From Gemmatimonadota bacterium (lineage in GTDB: Bacteria > Gemmatimonadota > Gemmatimonadetes > Palauibacterales > Palauibacteraceae), in the NCBI GenBank assembly GCA_965116475.1, contig OZ220691.1:256001-320000 (forward strand): 64,000 nt of DNA. Direction: 5' to 3'. Position numbers and translations under genes: made by a program. Below, piece after piece: positions 39,201 through 47,674 of this stretch. The notes under the pieces were generated by a model. It made no database searches. It was not told the origin of the DNA and saw only the letters and a program-made list of their open reading frames with translations. Position 1 is the stretch's first letter. Every line of letters starts with the position of its first letter.

Positions 39201-39480
39201 CCTCGGAGGCCTCGCGGTAGCCGACCAGGCGGACGGTCACCGTCTGCTCGCCGGCGGGTACGTTGAGTAACACGAAGTCTCCGCTGGCGTTGGAAAAGGT
39301 CCCGATGCCGGTGCCCTCGATGAACACCTGCGCGGAGGATAAGGGTCGGAGGGAGCCCTCTTCGGTCACTCGGCCCGCGATGCTGCCCGCATCCTGGCCA
39401 CTCAAGCCCGGTGCGAGGCAGGCGAGGGCAACCAGGGCCACTCCCCATGCACCTATGGTGCGACAGGTGAATCGTTTCAT
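36208..39480 (-). CDS. SusC/RagA-family TonB-dependent transporter
   Basis: [58 protein letters not shown], C-terminal VRVTF. Confidence 0.93.
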   Translation of the reverse strand: [1090 protein letters not shown]

Positions 39481-39558
39481 TCGGCGCTCCTTGCGCTGGA
39501 GGGGACGGAAACGGCCGAACGACCCGCTCCCGATTTCCGCCAACTCGTTCCACAATCC

Positions 39559-39577
39559 GTTATTGATAATGAGATTC
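39559..39577. promoter_or_regulatory. Possible weak Fur box upstream of the susC-like gene
   Basis: GTTATT-GATAAT-GAGATT-C, 13/19 to consensus; AT-rich patch overlapping the nudC stop. Confidence 0.35.
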
Positions 39578-40558
39578 CGGCGCTCCCGCCAGCCAGTCCT
39601 CGATGAGGCGGCGGGAGATCGAGACGCGGCCCGGGAGCCGGAGACCGATCTCGCGGCGGCGCGCGAAGTCGGCGCGCTCGAACCAGCGGGCATCGACGAG
39701 TTCCTGCCCTGCGACGGTCAGTTCGCCGCCCACGCGTTCGGCGCGAAAACCGAGCATCAGGGACGCCGGGAAGGGCCAGGGCTGGGACGAGCGGTAGCGG
39801 ACCGAACCCACCTCGATTCCCGACTCCTCGCGAACCTCGCGGACGACCGCCTCCGACAGGCTCTCGCCCGGCTCCACGAAACCGGCCAGGGTGGAGTAGA
39901 CGCCCTCCGGCCAGATGTCCTTCCGCCCGAGGAGGCAGCGGTCTCCGTCGGTCACGAGGACGATGATGGCCGGGTCCGTGCGCGGGAAATGGTCGACGCC
40001 GCACGTCCTGTCGCCGCAGCGCCGGACGTGTCCGCCCTGCTTCGGCCGGGTGGGAGCGCCGCACGTTCCGCAGAAGCGGTGCCGGCGACTCCAGGTGACG
40101 ATCGCGCGGGCGTAGGCCAGCAGCGAGCCGTCGCCCTGCCCCAGCATCGCCCCGACGCCGCGGAGATCGAGGAACTCCCCCGCCCCGTCGAGGGGGCTGT
40201 CGGAGGGCGGCTTTTCTCCGGGCACGTCGGCGGCGAACAGCGCGAGTCCCCCTTCGAGGCCGAGAAAGATCCACTCCTCCGAGGGTCCGGAGACGGAGGC
40301 CGCCGCGTCGGGGGGAAGGAGTACCGGCTCGTAAGCCAGGCCGTCCGCCATCGCCGCGACGTCCCGCGCCGTTTGAGAGACGAGGCTGCGCTCGCGCCAC
40401 ACGGGGACGACGCGCGAGGTGGGATCGGACAACCGCTCGGAGAGCCACCGGGGATCGGCCCGCAGATGGGTGGCGCGATCGAGGCCGCCGCCCGCGAAGG
40501 GGTTCGGTCTCCGGTGGCCCTCCCCCACCACGCCCGATAAGATCTCGCCGGCCGACAT
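39560..40558 (-). CDS. nudC: NAD(+) diphosphatase NudC
   Basis: HRFCGTCG, FPRTDPAIIV, Nudix box GFVEPGESLSEAVVREVREESG, SQPWPFPASLM. Confidence 0.95.
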   Translation of the reverse strand: MSAGEILSGVVGEGHRRPNPFAGGGLDRATHLRADPRWLSERLSDPTSRVVPVWRERSLVSQTARDVAAMADGLAYEPVLLPPDAAASVSGPSEEWIFLGLEGGLALFAADVPGEKPPSDSPLDGAGEFLDLRGVGAMLGQGDGSLLAYARAIVTWSRRHRFCGTCGAPTRPKQGGHVRRCGDRTCGVDHFPRTDPAIIVLVTDGDRCLLGRKDIWPEGVYSTLAGFVEPGESLSEAVVREVREESGIEVGSVRYRSSQPWPFPASLMLGFRAERVGGELTVAGQELVDARWFERADFARRREIGLRLPGRVSISRRLIEDWLAGAPESHYQ

Positions 40559-40588
40559 GGGGGGAACGTAGCGGTTGCGAGGGAGAAC

Positions 40589-41275
40589 ATGCACAGCTTC
40601 GAGGGAACGGCGGGACGGGGCACGCTCCTCACGTTCGATTGCTACGGCACGCTGATCGACTGGGAGGGCGGAATTCTCGCGGCGCTCCGGACCGCGTACC
40701 CGGAGGCGGCCGCGGTGGAGGACGAGCGGCTCCTCGGCGAGTTCCACGCGGCCCAGAACCGGCTCAAGACGAGCGAGTACCGTCCCTACCGGCAGTTGCT
40801 CACCGAGACCTCGGTGGAAGTCGCGCGCGCGAACGGATGGAACACGGCGGACGAGCTGGCGGCCGGCGTCACCGCGAGCATTCCCTCCTGGCAGCCCTTC
40901 CGCGACACGAACCCGGCGCTCTTCCGCCTCGCCGCGGCGGGGGTCACGCTCGGCATCCTCTCGAACATCGATGACGACCTCCTCAGCGGTACGCTGAAGC
41001 GCTTCGAGGTCGAGTTCGGTCTCCTCGGCACGGCCCAGCGGCTGCGCAGCTACAAGCCGGCCGCGCCGCACTTCGAGCGCGGGCGGGAGTGGGCCGCGGG
41101 CTTCGACCGGTGGCTGCACGTGGCGCAGAGCCTCTTCCACGATGTTATACCCGCGACCTCACTCGGGGTCCCTGTGCTGTGGGTCAACCGCAAGAGCGAA
41201 CCCCACCCCGACGACGCCGCCCCCGTCCATGTCGCCTCCGACCTGGCCGACGCCGCAGGATGGCTCCTGCCGTGA
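40589..41275 (+). CDS. HAD-family hydrolase (haloacid dehalogenase type II-like)
   Basis: FDCYGTLIDWE, ILSNID, SYKP, LHVAQSLFHDV. Confidence 0.9.
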   Translation: MHSFEGTAGRGTLLTFDCYGTLIDWEGGILAALRTAYPEAAAVEDERLLGEFHAAQNRLKTSEYRPYRQLLTETSVEVARANGWNTADELAAGVTASIPSWQPFRDTNPALFRLAAAGVTLGILSNIDDDLLSGTLKRFEVEFGLLGTAQRLRSYKPAAPHFERGREWAAGFDRWLHVAQSLFHDVIPATSLGVPVLWVNRKSEPHPDDAAPVHVASDLADAAGWLLP

Positions 41276-41278
41276 GGG

Positions 41279-42141
41279 TCAGGGCGATACGGCGTCGTCG
41301 TTGGATCCGCCCTCCAGGACATCGCGGGTGAAGTGGTGGAGTTCTCGCCATAGCACTTCGTGCGAAAAGATGTCGTTGTGCCCCGCCCCGGGGATCTCGA
41401 GCCAGCGGCGGGGCCCGCGCAGCGCCTCGAAGACCTCCCGGCTCTGGCCGGGCGGGATGACCCGGTCCTCCTCGCCGGCGGCAACAAGCGTCGGCACATC
41501 GATGCGCGGCGCCCGCTCCAGCGTGTCGAAGCGGTTGTGCAGCCAGTCCAGGTACCAGTCCGGGAGCCACGACAGCCGGTGCCGGCCGATCGCCGGGGTA
41601 TCCGTGAACGGCCCGAGGAGGACGACGCCGGCCACCGGGCGGCTCACCGCCAGTTCCGCCGCGACGGAGCTTCCGAGGGAGTTCCCCACCGGAAGGATCC
41701 GCCCGGGGTCGACGCCCCGCTCGTCCACCAGCCAGCGGTAGGCCGCCCGCGCGTCCGCGTAGAGACCCTCCTCCGATGGCTTTCCCTCGCTCGCTCCATA
41801 GCCCCGGTAGTCGGGCAGGAGGACGTCGAGTCCGAGGTTCGAGAGCGCGGCCGCCACCGTCCCTCGGTCTCCCAGGTGCCCGGCGTTGCCATGGAAGTAG
41901 ATGGCGGTCCCGCGCCCGGACGCCGGCGGGTCCGCGGGGAACCACACGCGTGCAGTTCGACGCCATCTTCGGTCCGGATGCGGACTTCGGTGGCCTGCGG
42001 GAACCCCCAGTATCGCGGGTGGGTCTCGTGCGGCTGCAGCGTCTCCGGATAGAAGACGAAGAAGGGGACGATCCGGGGCATGAGGAGACGGACGACGGCC
42101 AACAGGCCGACGAGGGCGACCACGACGATGAGGAGTTCCAC
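41279..42141 (-). pseudogene. Alpha/beta hydrolase (ABHD-like) with a one-base frameshift near 41945 (or a sequencing indel)
   Basis: N-terminal TM segment plus FVFYP...RTEDGVELHA in one frame; WFP..YFHGNA..DYRGYG..GNSLG..GEED..GHND in another; GCG TG TGG lacks one G of AWW. Confidence 0.8.
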
Positions 42142-42173
42142 GAGCGGGAGCCGGCGGCGGGGGGCGGCCGGAG

Positions 42174-43028
42174 TCAGCGGCCGGGCACAGACGACGCCGC
42201 GGCGAGGCGCCCGATCCAGCGCGCGTACACGTCGGGGCGGCGGTCGCGCCAGAACAGGCGGCGGGCGGTGGAGACCGCGCACCGCGACAGGTCCACGTCG
42301 GCGTAGAGGATCGCCTCTTTCCCTGCAGGCGCGCGCGCGAGGACGACGCCCTCGGGATCGACGACGAAGGACTCTCCGGCGAAGGTGAGGCGGGGCTCCT
42401 CGCCGACGCGGTTGGCCAGCGCGGCGAAGTAGCCGTTCTGGAAGGCCGCCACGCGCAACTCGGCCTCGAACAACCCCTCGGGCCACTCGCCGACGGCGCC
42501 CGCCTGCGGGATGACGACGAGTTGCGCCCCGCGTTCTCCGAGGCGCCGCATGTACTCGGGATAGTGGCGGTCGTAGCAGATCGCGACGCCCACGCGTCCC
42601 ACGGCCGTGTCGTAGACGAGCGCGTCTGTGTCGCCCTTGGCGTAGTAGTGCTGTTCGTGGAAGCAGGCGTACTCGGTGATGTGCATCATCCGCGTCACCC
42701 CGAGCAGCGAGCCGTCCGCGTCGAACACGGGCGTGCTGTCGTAGCACCGGCCGTCGGGGCCGAGTTCGTACTGGTTGAACACGGTGACGAGGCCGAGTTC
42801 GGCGGCGCGCGCGGCGATGCGGTCGCAGGTGGGACCGGGGATCGGCTCCGCGATCTCCGCGGCGGCGGCGTCGTCCGGCCGCTGCGGGAAGAAGCGGTCG
42901 ATCGCGAGTTCGGGGAACGCGACGAGATCGGCGCCCTCCGCCGCGGCGCGCCCCATCGCGCCGAGCGCGCGTTCGAGGTTGCGAGTGCGGTCGGGCCCCG
43001 CGGACTGCTGTACAAGTGCGATCTTCAT
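42174..43028 (-). CDS. Carbon-nitrogen hydrolase (nitrilase superfamily, N-carbamoyl amidase-like)
   Basis: MKIALVQ, VAFPEL, GVAICYDRHYPE, ANRVG, FAGESFVVDPEG. Confidence 0.9.
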   Translation of the reverse strand: MKIALVQQSAGPDRTRNLERALGAMGRAAAEGADLVAFPELAIDRFFPQRPDDAAAAEIAEPIPGPTCDRIAARAAELGLVTVFNQYELGPDGRCYDSTPVFDADGSLLGVTRMMHITEYACFHEQHYYAKGDTDALVYDTAVGRVGVAICYDRHYPEYMRRLGERGAQLVVIPQAGAVGEWPEGLFEAELRVAAFQNGYFAALANRVGEEPRLTFAGESFVVDPEGVVLARAPAGKEAILYADVDLSRCAVSTARRLFWRDRRPDVYARWIGRLAAASSVPGR

Positions 43029-43103
43029 CGGAGGATTGTCGGCGCGCGCGCCGGGACCCGCAACGGGGTCCGCGTATGCACCGGTGCTCGTTAGTTTGCT
43101 TTC

Positions 43104-43844
43104 ATGTGCGGACGCTTCAGCCTTCAGACCCCGGTGCCCGATCTGGCCGAACTCTTCGAGGCCGATCCGTCGCGGCTCGAGGCATGGTCCGCCCGCTACA
43201 ACGTGGCGCCCACGGACGAGGTCGTCGCGCTGCGGCGGGGCGGCGGCGGCCGCGAGCTCGTTCCGCTTCGCTGGGGGCTGATCCCGAGCTGGGCGGAGGA
43301 TCGCGCGTCGCTCCCGCCGATGATCAACGCCCGCGCCGAGTCGCTCGAAACCCGGCGCGCGTTCAGGGATCTCGTCATCGACCGGCGCTGCGCCGTCCTC
43401 GCCGACGGCTTCTACGAATGGCGGAAGGAGGGCGGCCTGAAGCAGCCGTACTTCGTGCGGCGCCGGGACCGGCGGCCGATGGCGCTCGCGGGCCTGTGGG
43501 ACGTGTGGCGGGGGCCGGACGGCCGCATCCCCTCCTGCACGATCGTCACGACGGACGCGAACGACCTGCTCGAACCGCTGCACGACCGCATGCCGGTGAT
43601 CCTCGCGGGCGAGGGGGCGCAGATGTGGCTCGACCTCGACATCTCCGAGCGCACCATGGAGCCGCTCCAGCCGTTCGACCCGAGAGCGCTGGAGGTGTTC
43701 GCGGTCAGCCGGCGGGTCAACCGCGTCGCCGACGACGATGCGGCGTGCGCGGAGCCGCGGAGCGCCCCGATCCGCGAACCGTCGGGCTGGCGCGACCGCC
43801 CCCCGGTGGGCGACGCGCCCCCCGACCAGCTCGGGCTCTTCTGA
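43104..43844 (+). CDS. SOS response-associated peptidase (SRAP, YedK/HMCES abasic-site protein)
   Basis: MCGRF N-terminus, RYNVAPT, WGLIP, INARAE, DGFYEW, HDRMPVIL. Confidence 0.95.
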   Translation: MCGRFSLQTPVPDLAELFEADPSRLEAWSARYNVAPTDEVVALRRGGGGRELVPLRWGLIPSWAEDRASLPPMINARAESLETRRAFRDLVIDRRCAVLADGFYEWRKEGGLKQPYFVRRRDRRPMALAGLWDVWRGPDGRIPSCTIVTTDANDLLEPLHDRMPVILAGEGAQMWLDLDISERTMEPLQPFDPRALEVFAVSRRVNRVADDDAACAEPRSAPIREPSGWRDRPPVGDAPPDQLGLF

Positions 43845-43860
43845 CACCGGCTGCGTCGCC

Positions 43861-44784
43861 CTAGAAGTTGGCGACCAGCGCGATCGTCAGCGTGGAGTCC
43901 AGCTTGTGGCGCGGGACGAGGACCGTCTCCCCGGTCGGCGTCCCGGCGGGCTGCTCGAGGGGAGCGCGGGTGAGCGCGGGCGCGTTGTCCCACACGAGCC
44001 GGAGACCCGTCTTCACGGCCAGCGAACTGTTGATGTCGACCGCGAGGGCGTTGGCGAGGTCGGCGCGGAGGTCCGCCGTATCCGAGAGGTTCTCGTCGAG
44101 CGTGAGCGTGCTCTCGAGGTTGGCCGTCTCCGTCAGCTGGCGCCGGAAGTTGGTGGAAACGCGGATGCCTCCGAAGCTCGAACTCCTGCCGGGGTCGTCG
44201 ACGACATCGTCCTGCATCGTGAACGTGACCCCGTAGTCGCTCTTGAGCCGAGTCGTCTCGGTGTCGATCCACATGTTCCCGATGCCGCCCACCAGGGAGA
44301 GCTTGCTGTCGTAGCCGGCGAACGTGTTCCGCTCCCACGCGGCGCCGGTCGCGAGGTGGACGTGATCCGAGAACGAACGCTCGAATTCGCCCCGCGCGAA
44401 GTAGTTCTCGGCCGTCGGCTCGGGATCGGCGTCGCTCGTCACGTCGAAGTGGTCCGGTGTCCCCACGGCGATGCGCCGGGTCGTGCCGGACTCGGTGCGG
44501 AGGCCGCCCGCGCTCAGCGACAGTTCTCCCCCGCCCCATTCGCGCCGGGCGCCCCCGCCGAGACCGAAGGTGCGCACGGTGGAGTTCCCCGACGTGAACA
44601 GCAGGCTCAGTTCCGCATTGTACGACCAGCGGATCTCCGGCTCTTCTTCTCCCTGGGGAGCTTCCTGCAGGGACGCGACCGGAGCGGCGGCCAGTACGGC
44701 GAGCGCCGCGGCCAGCACGGGAATCACCCCGCAGGTGGCGCCGGATCCCACCTCCATCCTTGCGAACGACTTCATCTTCCTCAC
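43861..44784 (-). CDS. DUF481-like outer-membrane beta-barrel protein (start uncertain)
   Basis: LLFTSGNS...AENYF...WERNTFAG...LTIALVANF with terminal Phe. Confidence 0.75.
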   Translation of the reverse strand: MRKMKSFARMEVGSGATCGVIPVLAAALAVLAAAPVASLQEAPQGEEEPEIRWSYNAELSLLFTSGNSTVRTFGLGGGARREWGGGELSLSAGGLRTESGTTRRIAVGTPDHFDVTSDADPEPTAENYFARGEFERSFSDHVHLATGAAWERNTFAGYDSKLSLVGGIGNMWIDTETTRLKSDYGVTFTMQDDVVDDPGRSSSFGGIRVSTNFRRQLTETANLESTLTLDENLSDTADLRADLANALAVDINSSLAVKTGLRLVWDNAPALTRAPLEQPAGTPTGETVLVPRHKLDSTLTIALVANF

Positions 44785-44924
44785 CCCTCGGGTATGTGGG
44801 TCGACACGGGAAACACACTGGAAACTCCGCGCCGGACACGGCGGCGAAGGCTGGCCGGACGCGCTTCGGTGGGCCAGCTTTATTCGACCGTATTATCCGT
44901 TCCCCTTCGAGGAGTTCCAAACGC

Positions 44925-46394
44925 ATGTCCATGTCAGCCAGGTATCGCGCCGCGAACAGGACTCTCCCCGGCCATCTGCTCCTCGCAGCCACCCTCATCG
45001 CCGTATCCCCGCCCCCGGCAGTCGCGGCTCAGGACGCGCAGATCGCGGCGATCGAGGCGCGGCGCAACCACTACGGGAGCGTGGCGCGCCAGATCTGGGA
45101 ATGGGCCGAGGTCGGCTACCAGGAGGAGAAGAGTTCCGAGCTGCTCAAGGGCGAGCTCGAGGCTGCGGGGTTCTCGATTGAATCGGGGGTCGCCGACATG
45201 CCCACGGCGTTCGTGGCGAGCTACGGCTCGGGAGGGCCGGTCATCGGGATCCTGGCCGAGTACGACGCGCTGCCGGGCATCTCGCAGGACGCCGTGCCCC
45301 AGCGCTCGCCCATCATCATTGGAGGCGCGGGTCACGCGTGCGGACACCACCTGTTCGGGGCGGGCTCCGTGGCGGCGGCGATCGCGGTGAAGGAATGGCT
45401 GGAGGAGACGGGACACGAGGGGACGATCCGGCTCTACGGCACGCCCGCCGAGGAGGGGGGCGCGGGGAAGGTGTACATGGTGCGCGAGGGGCTGTTCGAC
45501 GACGTGGATGTGGCGCTGCACTGGCATCCCGGCGCGCGGAACAGCGCGAGGGTGGGGCGGTCGCTGGCCAACAAGTCCGCCAAGTTCCGCTTCCGCGGCT
45601 ATTCCGCGCACGCGGCGGGCGCGCCGGAGCGGGGACGGAGCGCGCTCGACGGGGTCGAGGCGATGAACCACATGGTGAACCTCATGCGCGAGCACGTGCC
45701 GCAGGAGACGCGCATCCACTACGTGATCACGCAGGGCGGGTTCGCGCCCAACGTCGTGCCGGATTTTGCGGAGGTCTACTACTACGTGCGGCACCCGGAC
45801 GCCCCCACCGTGCTCAGGCTGTTCGAGCGCGTGGCGCGCGCGGCCGAGGGCGCGGCGATGGGGACCGGGACCGGGATGGAATACGAGGTGATCCACGGGC
45901 TGTACGACCTCGTGCCCAACGTCGCTCTCGGGCGCGTAATGGACGCGAACCTGCGCAAGGTCGGGGGCGTGGAGTACACGGAGGCGGAGCGGGCCTTCGC
46001 CCAGCAGATCCAGGACTCCTTCGTGGGCGGTTCCGGTCGGCCTCTGGGCTCCGAGGCCGAGATCGAGGAGTTCGGAGTCGACCCGGCGGGCGGCGGATCG
46101 ACCGATGTCGGCGACGTCAGTTGGGTCGTGCCGACGACGGGGCTGTCGACGGCCACCTGGGTGCCGGGCACGTCCGCGCACAGCTGGCAGGCCGTGGCGG
46201 CCGGGGGCACCGATATCGGGACGAAGGGGATGATCGTCGCGGCAAAGACGCTCGCCCTGACGACGATCGAACTCTTCCAGAGCCCGGACGTGATCGCCGC
46301 CGCGTGGGAGGAACTGCGGGCGCACCGCGGCGCGGACTTCGAATATTCCGCGCTGCTCGGCGACCGCCCACCGCCGCTGGACTACCGCCGCTAG
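44925..46394 (+). CDS. M20 amidohydrolase, AbgB-like, with signal peptide
   Basis: IWEWAEVGYQE, LAEYDALPG, GHACGHHLFG, GTPAEEGG, WHP, GSTDVGDVSW. Confidence 0.9.
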   Translation: MSMSARYRAANRTLPGHLLLAATLIAVSPPPAVAAQDAQIAAIEARRNHYGSVARQIWEWAEVGYQEEKSSELLKGELEAAGFSIESGVADMPTAFVASYGSGGPVIGILAEYDALPGISQDAVPQRSPIIIGGAGHACGHHLFGAGSVAAAIAVKEWLEETGHEGTIRLYGTPAEEGGAGKVYMVREGLFDDVDVALHWHPGARNSARVGRSLANKSAKFRFRGYSAHAAGAPERGRSALDGVEAMNHMVNLMREHVPQETRIHYVITQGGFAPNVVPDFAEVYYYVRHPDAPTVLRLFERVARAAEGAAMGTGTGMEYEVIHGLYDLVPNVALGRVMDANLRKVGGVEYTEAERAFAQQIQDSFVGGSGRPLGSEAEIEEFGVDPAGGGSTDVGDVSWVVPTTGLSTATWVPGTSAHSWQAVAAGGTDIGTKGMIVAAKTLALTTIELFQSPDVIAAAWEELRAHRGADFEYSALLGDRPPPLDYRR

Positions 46395-46396
46395 AC

Positions 46397-47077
46397 TTAG
46401 TCCTTTCGCGGCGAGAGGCGGTCGATGAGGTCGCTCATCCAGCGGCCCGCCAGGTCCTTGCAGCCGAGCCCGAAGGCGAGGGCCAGCGCGAAGCTGATCG
46501 CCGCGAGGATGATCAGGAAGGCGTCGCCCACGAACTGGACCTGAACCTGCTGCAGGGCCACGACCACGGCGAAGATGATGACCACGACCTGCGCGAACTG
46601 CCCCAGCACCTGGGCCTGCACGATGCCCGCGTTGCTGGCCACGGCGCGGACCGTGGCCCCCAGAAACCCGGCAGCCAGGATCCCCAGAATCAACACGACG
46701 ATGGCCGTCACGATCGTGGGCAGGAAGCCGACGAGCCGCTGGAGCAACTCTGCGGTGGCGGTGAGCTGCAGCGCGTTCAGCGCCGCCACCAGCACGACGA
46801 GCATGACGACCCAGTAGACCAGGGCTGCGACCAACTGGGAGAACGTGCGTTCGATGCCTCCCTTGGCCAACATCTCCGCCAACTGGATCCTCTCCGCCAG
46901 ACGATCCGCCTTCACGGCGCGGAGAAGCCGGGTGAGCGCCGTCTTGACCAGCCTGGCGACGATCCAGCCACCGACCAGAATCGCCACCACGGCCACCAGG
47001 TTGGGCAGAAACCCGACCAGTTGATCGAGGAAGGCGCGGATCGGCTCAAGCAGTATCGCGTCCCAATCCATGTCCAT
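46397..47077 (-). CDS. Conserved TM-helix repeat membrane protein (CmpX/MscS-associated)
   Basis: Repeated FLPNL/FLPTI TM_helix units and ALALAFGLGCKD. Confidence 0.8.
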   Translation of the reverse strand: MDMDWDAILLEPIRAFLDQLVGFLPNLVAVVAILVGGWIVARLVKTALTRLLRAVKADRLAERIQLAEMLAKGGIERTFSQLVAALVYWVVMLVVLVAALNALQLTATAELLQRLVGFLPTIVTAIVVLILGILAAGFLGATVRAVASNAGIVQAQVLGQFAQVVVIIFAVVVALQQVQVQFVGDAFLIILAAISFALALAFGLGCKDLAGRWMSDLIDRLSPRKD

Positions 47078-47233
47078 CGTGGTTCCCTCCAGCGCAAAAA
47101 ACGGTTGCTTGTCGGGGGGCGCCTCCGCCCGGGCCGATAGAGGACTTAGAATGATGAGCGGGAGTCCAGGTCACCAGCCTCACACCGCGTCCGGCAACGG
47201 TCCGGAGCGACGGCAGGCGGCTTCCGGGGGCCG

Positions 47234-47674
47234 TCAGCGGGCCCGCACTGTGCCCGTGGGCCCGACGCTGGCGCGGCGGAGTTGCCGACAGGCGTCGAAG
47301 TCGTCGGGGGTTAGCGCGATGACGGGCGGGGCGCGGTCGTAGAGCTGAGCGGCGACGATGGCGGCGAGCGCGAGGAAGGTGTCGGGGCCGCGGGTCAGGA
47401 AGGCAGCGGGGGCGGTGCCGCGGCGGATGGCCTCGAGGAGGACGGCGGTCGTGGTGCTGGAGCCGCGGGTCGCCGGGATGGCCATGATGCGGCCGGTGCC
47501 GACCTGGCCGGACAGCGGATGGCGCCGGTCGATGATCTCGCCGGTCTCCGCGTCGTAGCCGCCCCAGAAGCTGAGCGGCTCGGAGGAGTAGAGGACGGCG
47601 CCTTCCGCGGCGCCCGCGACGAGCGCTCGACCGGTCAGCGGACCGGAGCCCGACGCGGCCGACCGATCGCTCAC
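47234..47674 (-). CDS. Aconitase X small (swivel) subunit, DUF126
   Basis: PLSFWGGYDAETGEIIDRRHPLSG...RGSST; GTGA overlap with the large subunit. Confidence 0.88.
   Translation of the reverse strand: MSDRSAASGSGPLTGRALVAGAAEGAVLYSSEPLSFWGGYDAETGEIIDRRHPLSGQVGTGRIMAIPATRGSSTTTAVLLEAIRRGTAPAAFLTRGPDTFLALAAIVAAQLYDRAPPVIALTPDDFDACRQLRRASVGPTGTVRAR

Noticed and set aside
35788-39270. Very long antisense or alternate-frame ORFs (also 4644..6959, 13086..15671, 50900..53185, 52902..56036)
   Set aside because: Shadow ORFs typical of high-GC DNA; they overlap genes with clear family motifs and have no motifs of their own
47078-47233. Intergenic region checked for a tRNA or riboswitch (also 44785..44924)
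   Set aside because: No cloverleaf or recognisable riboswitch consensus
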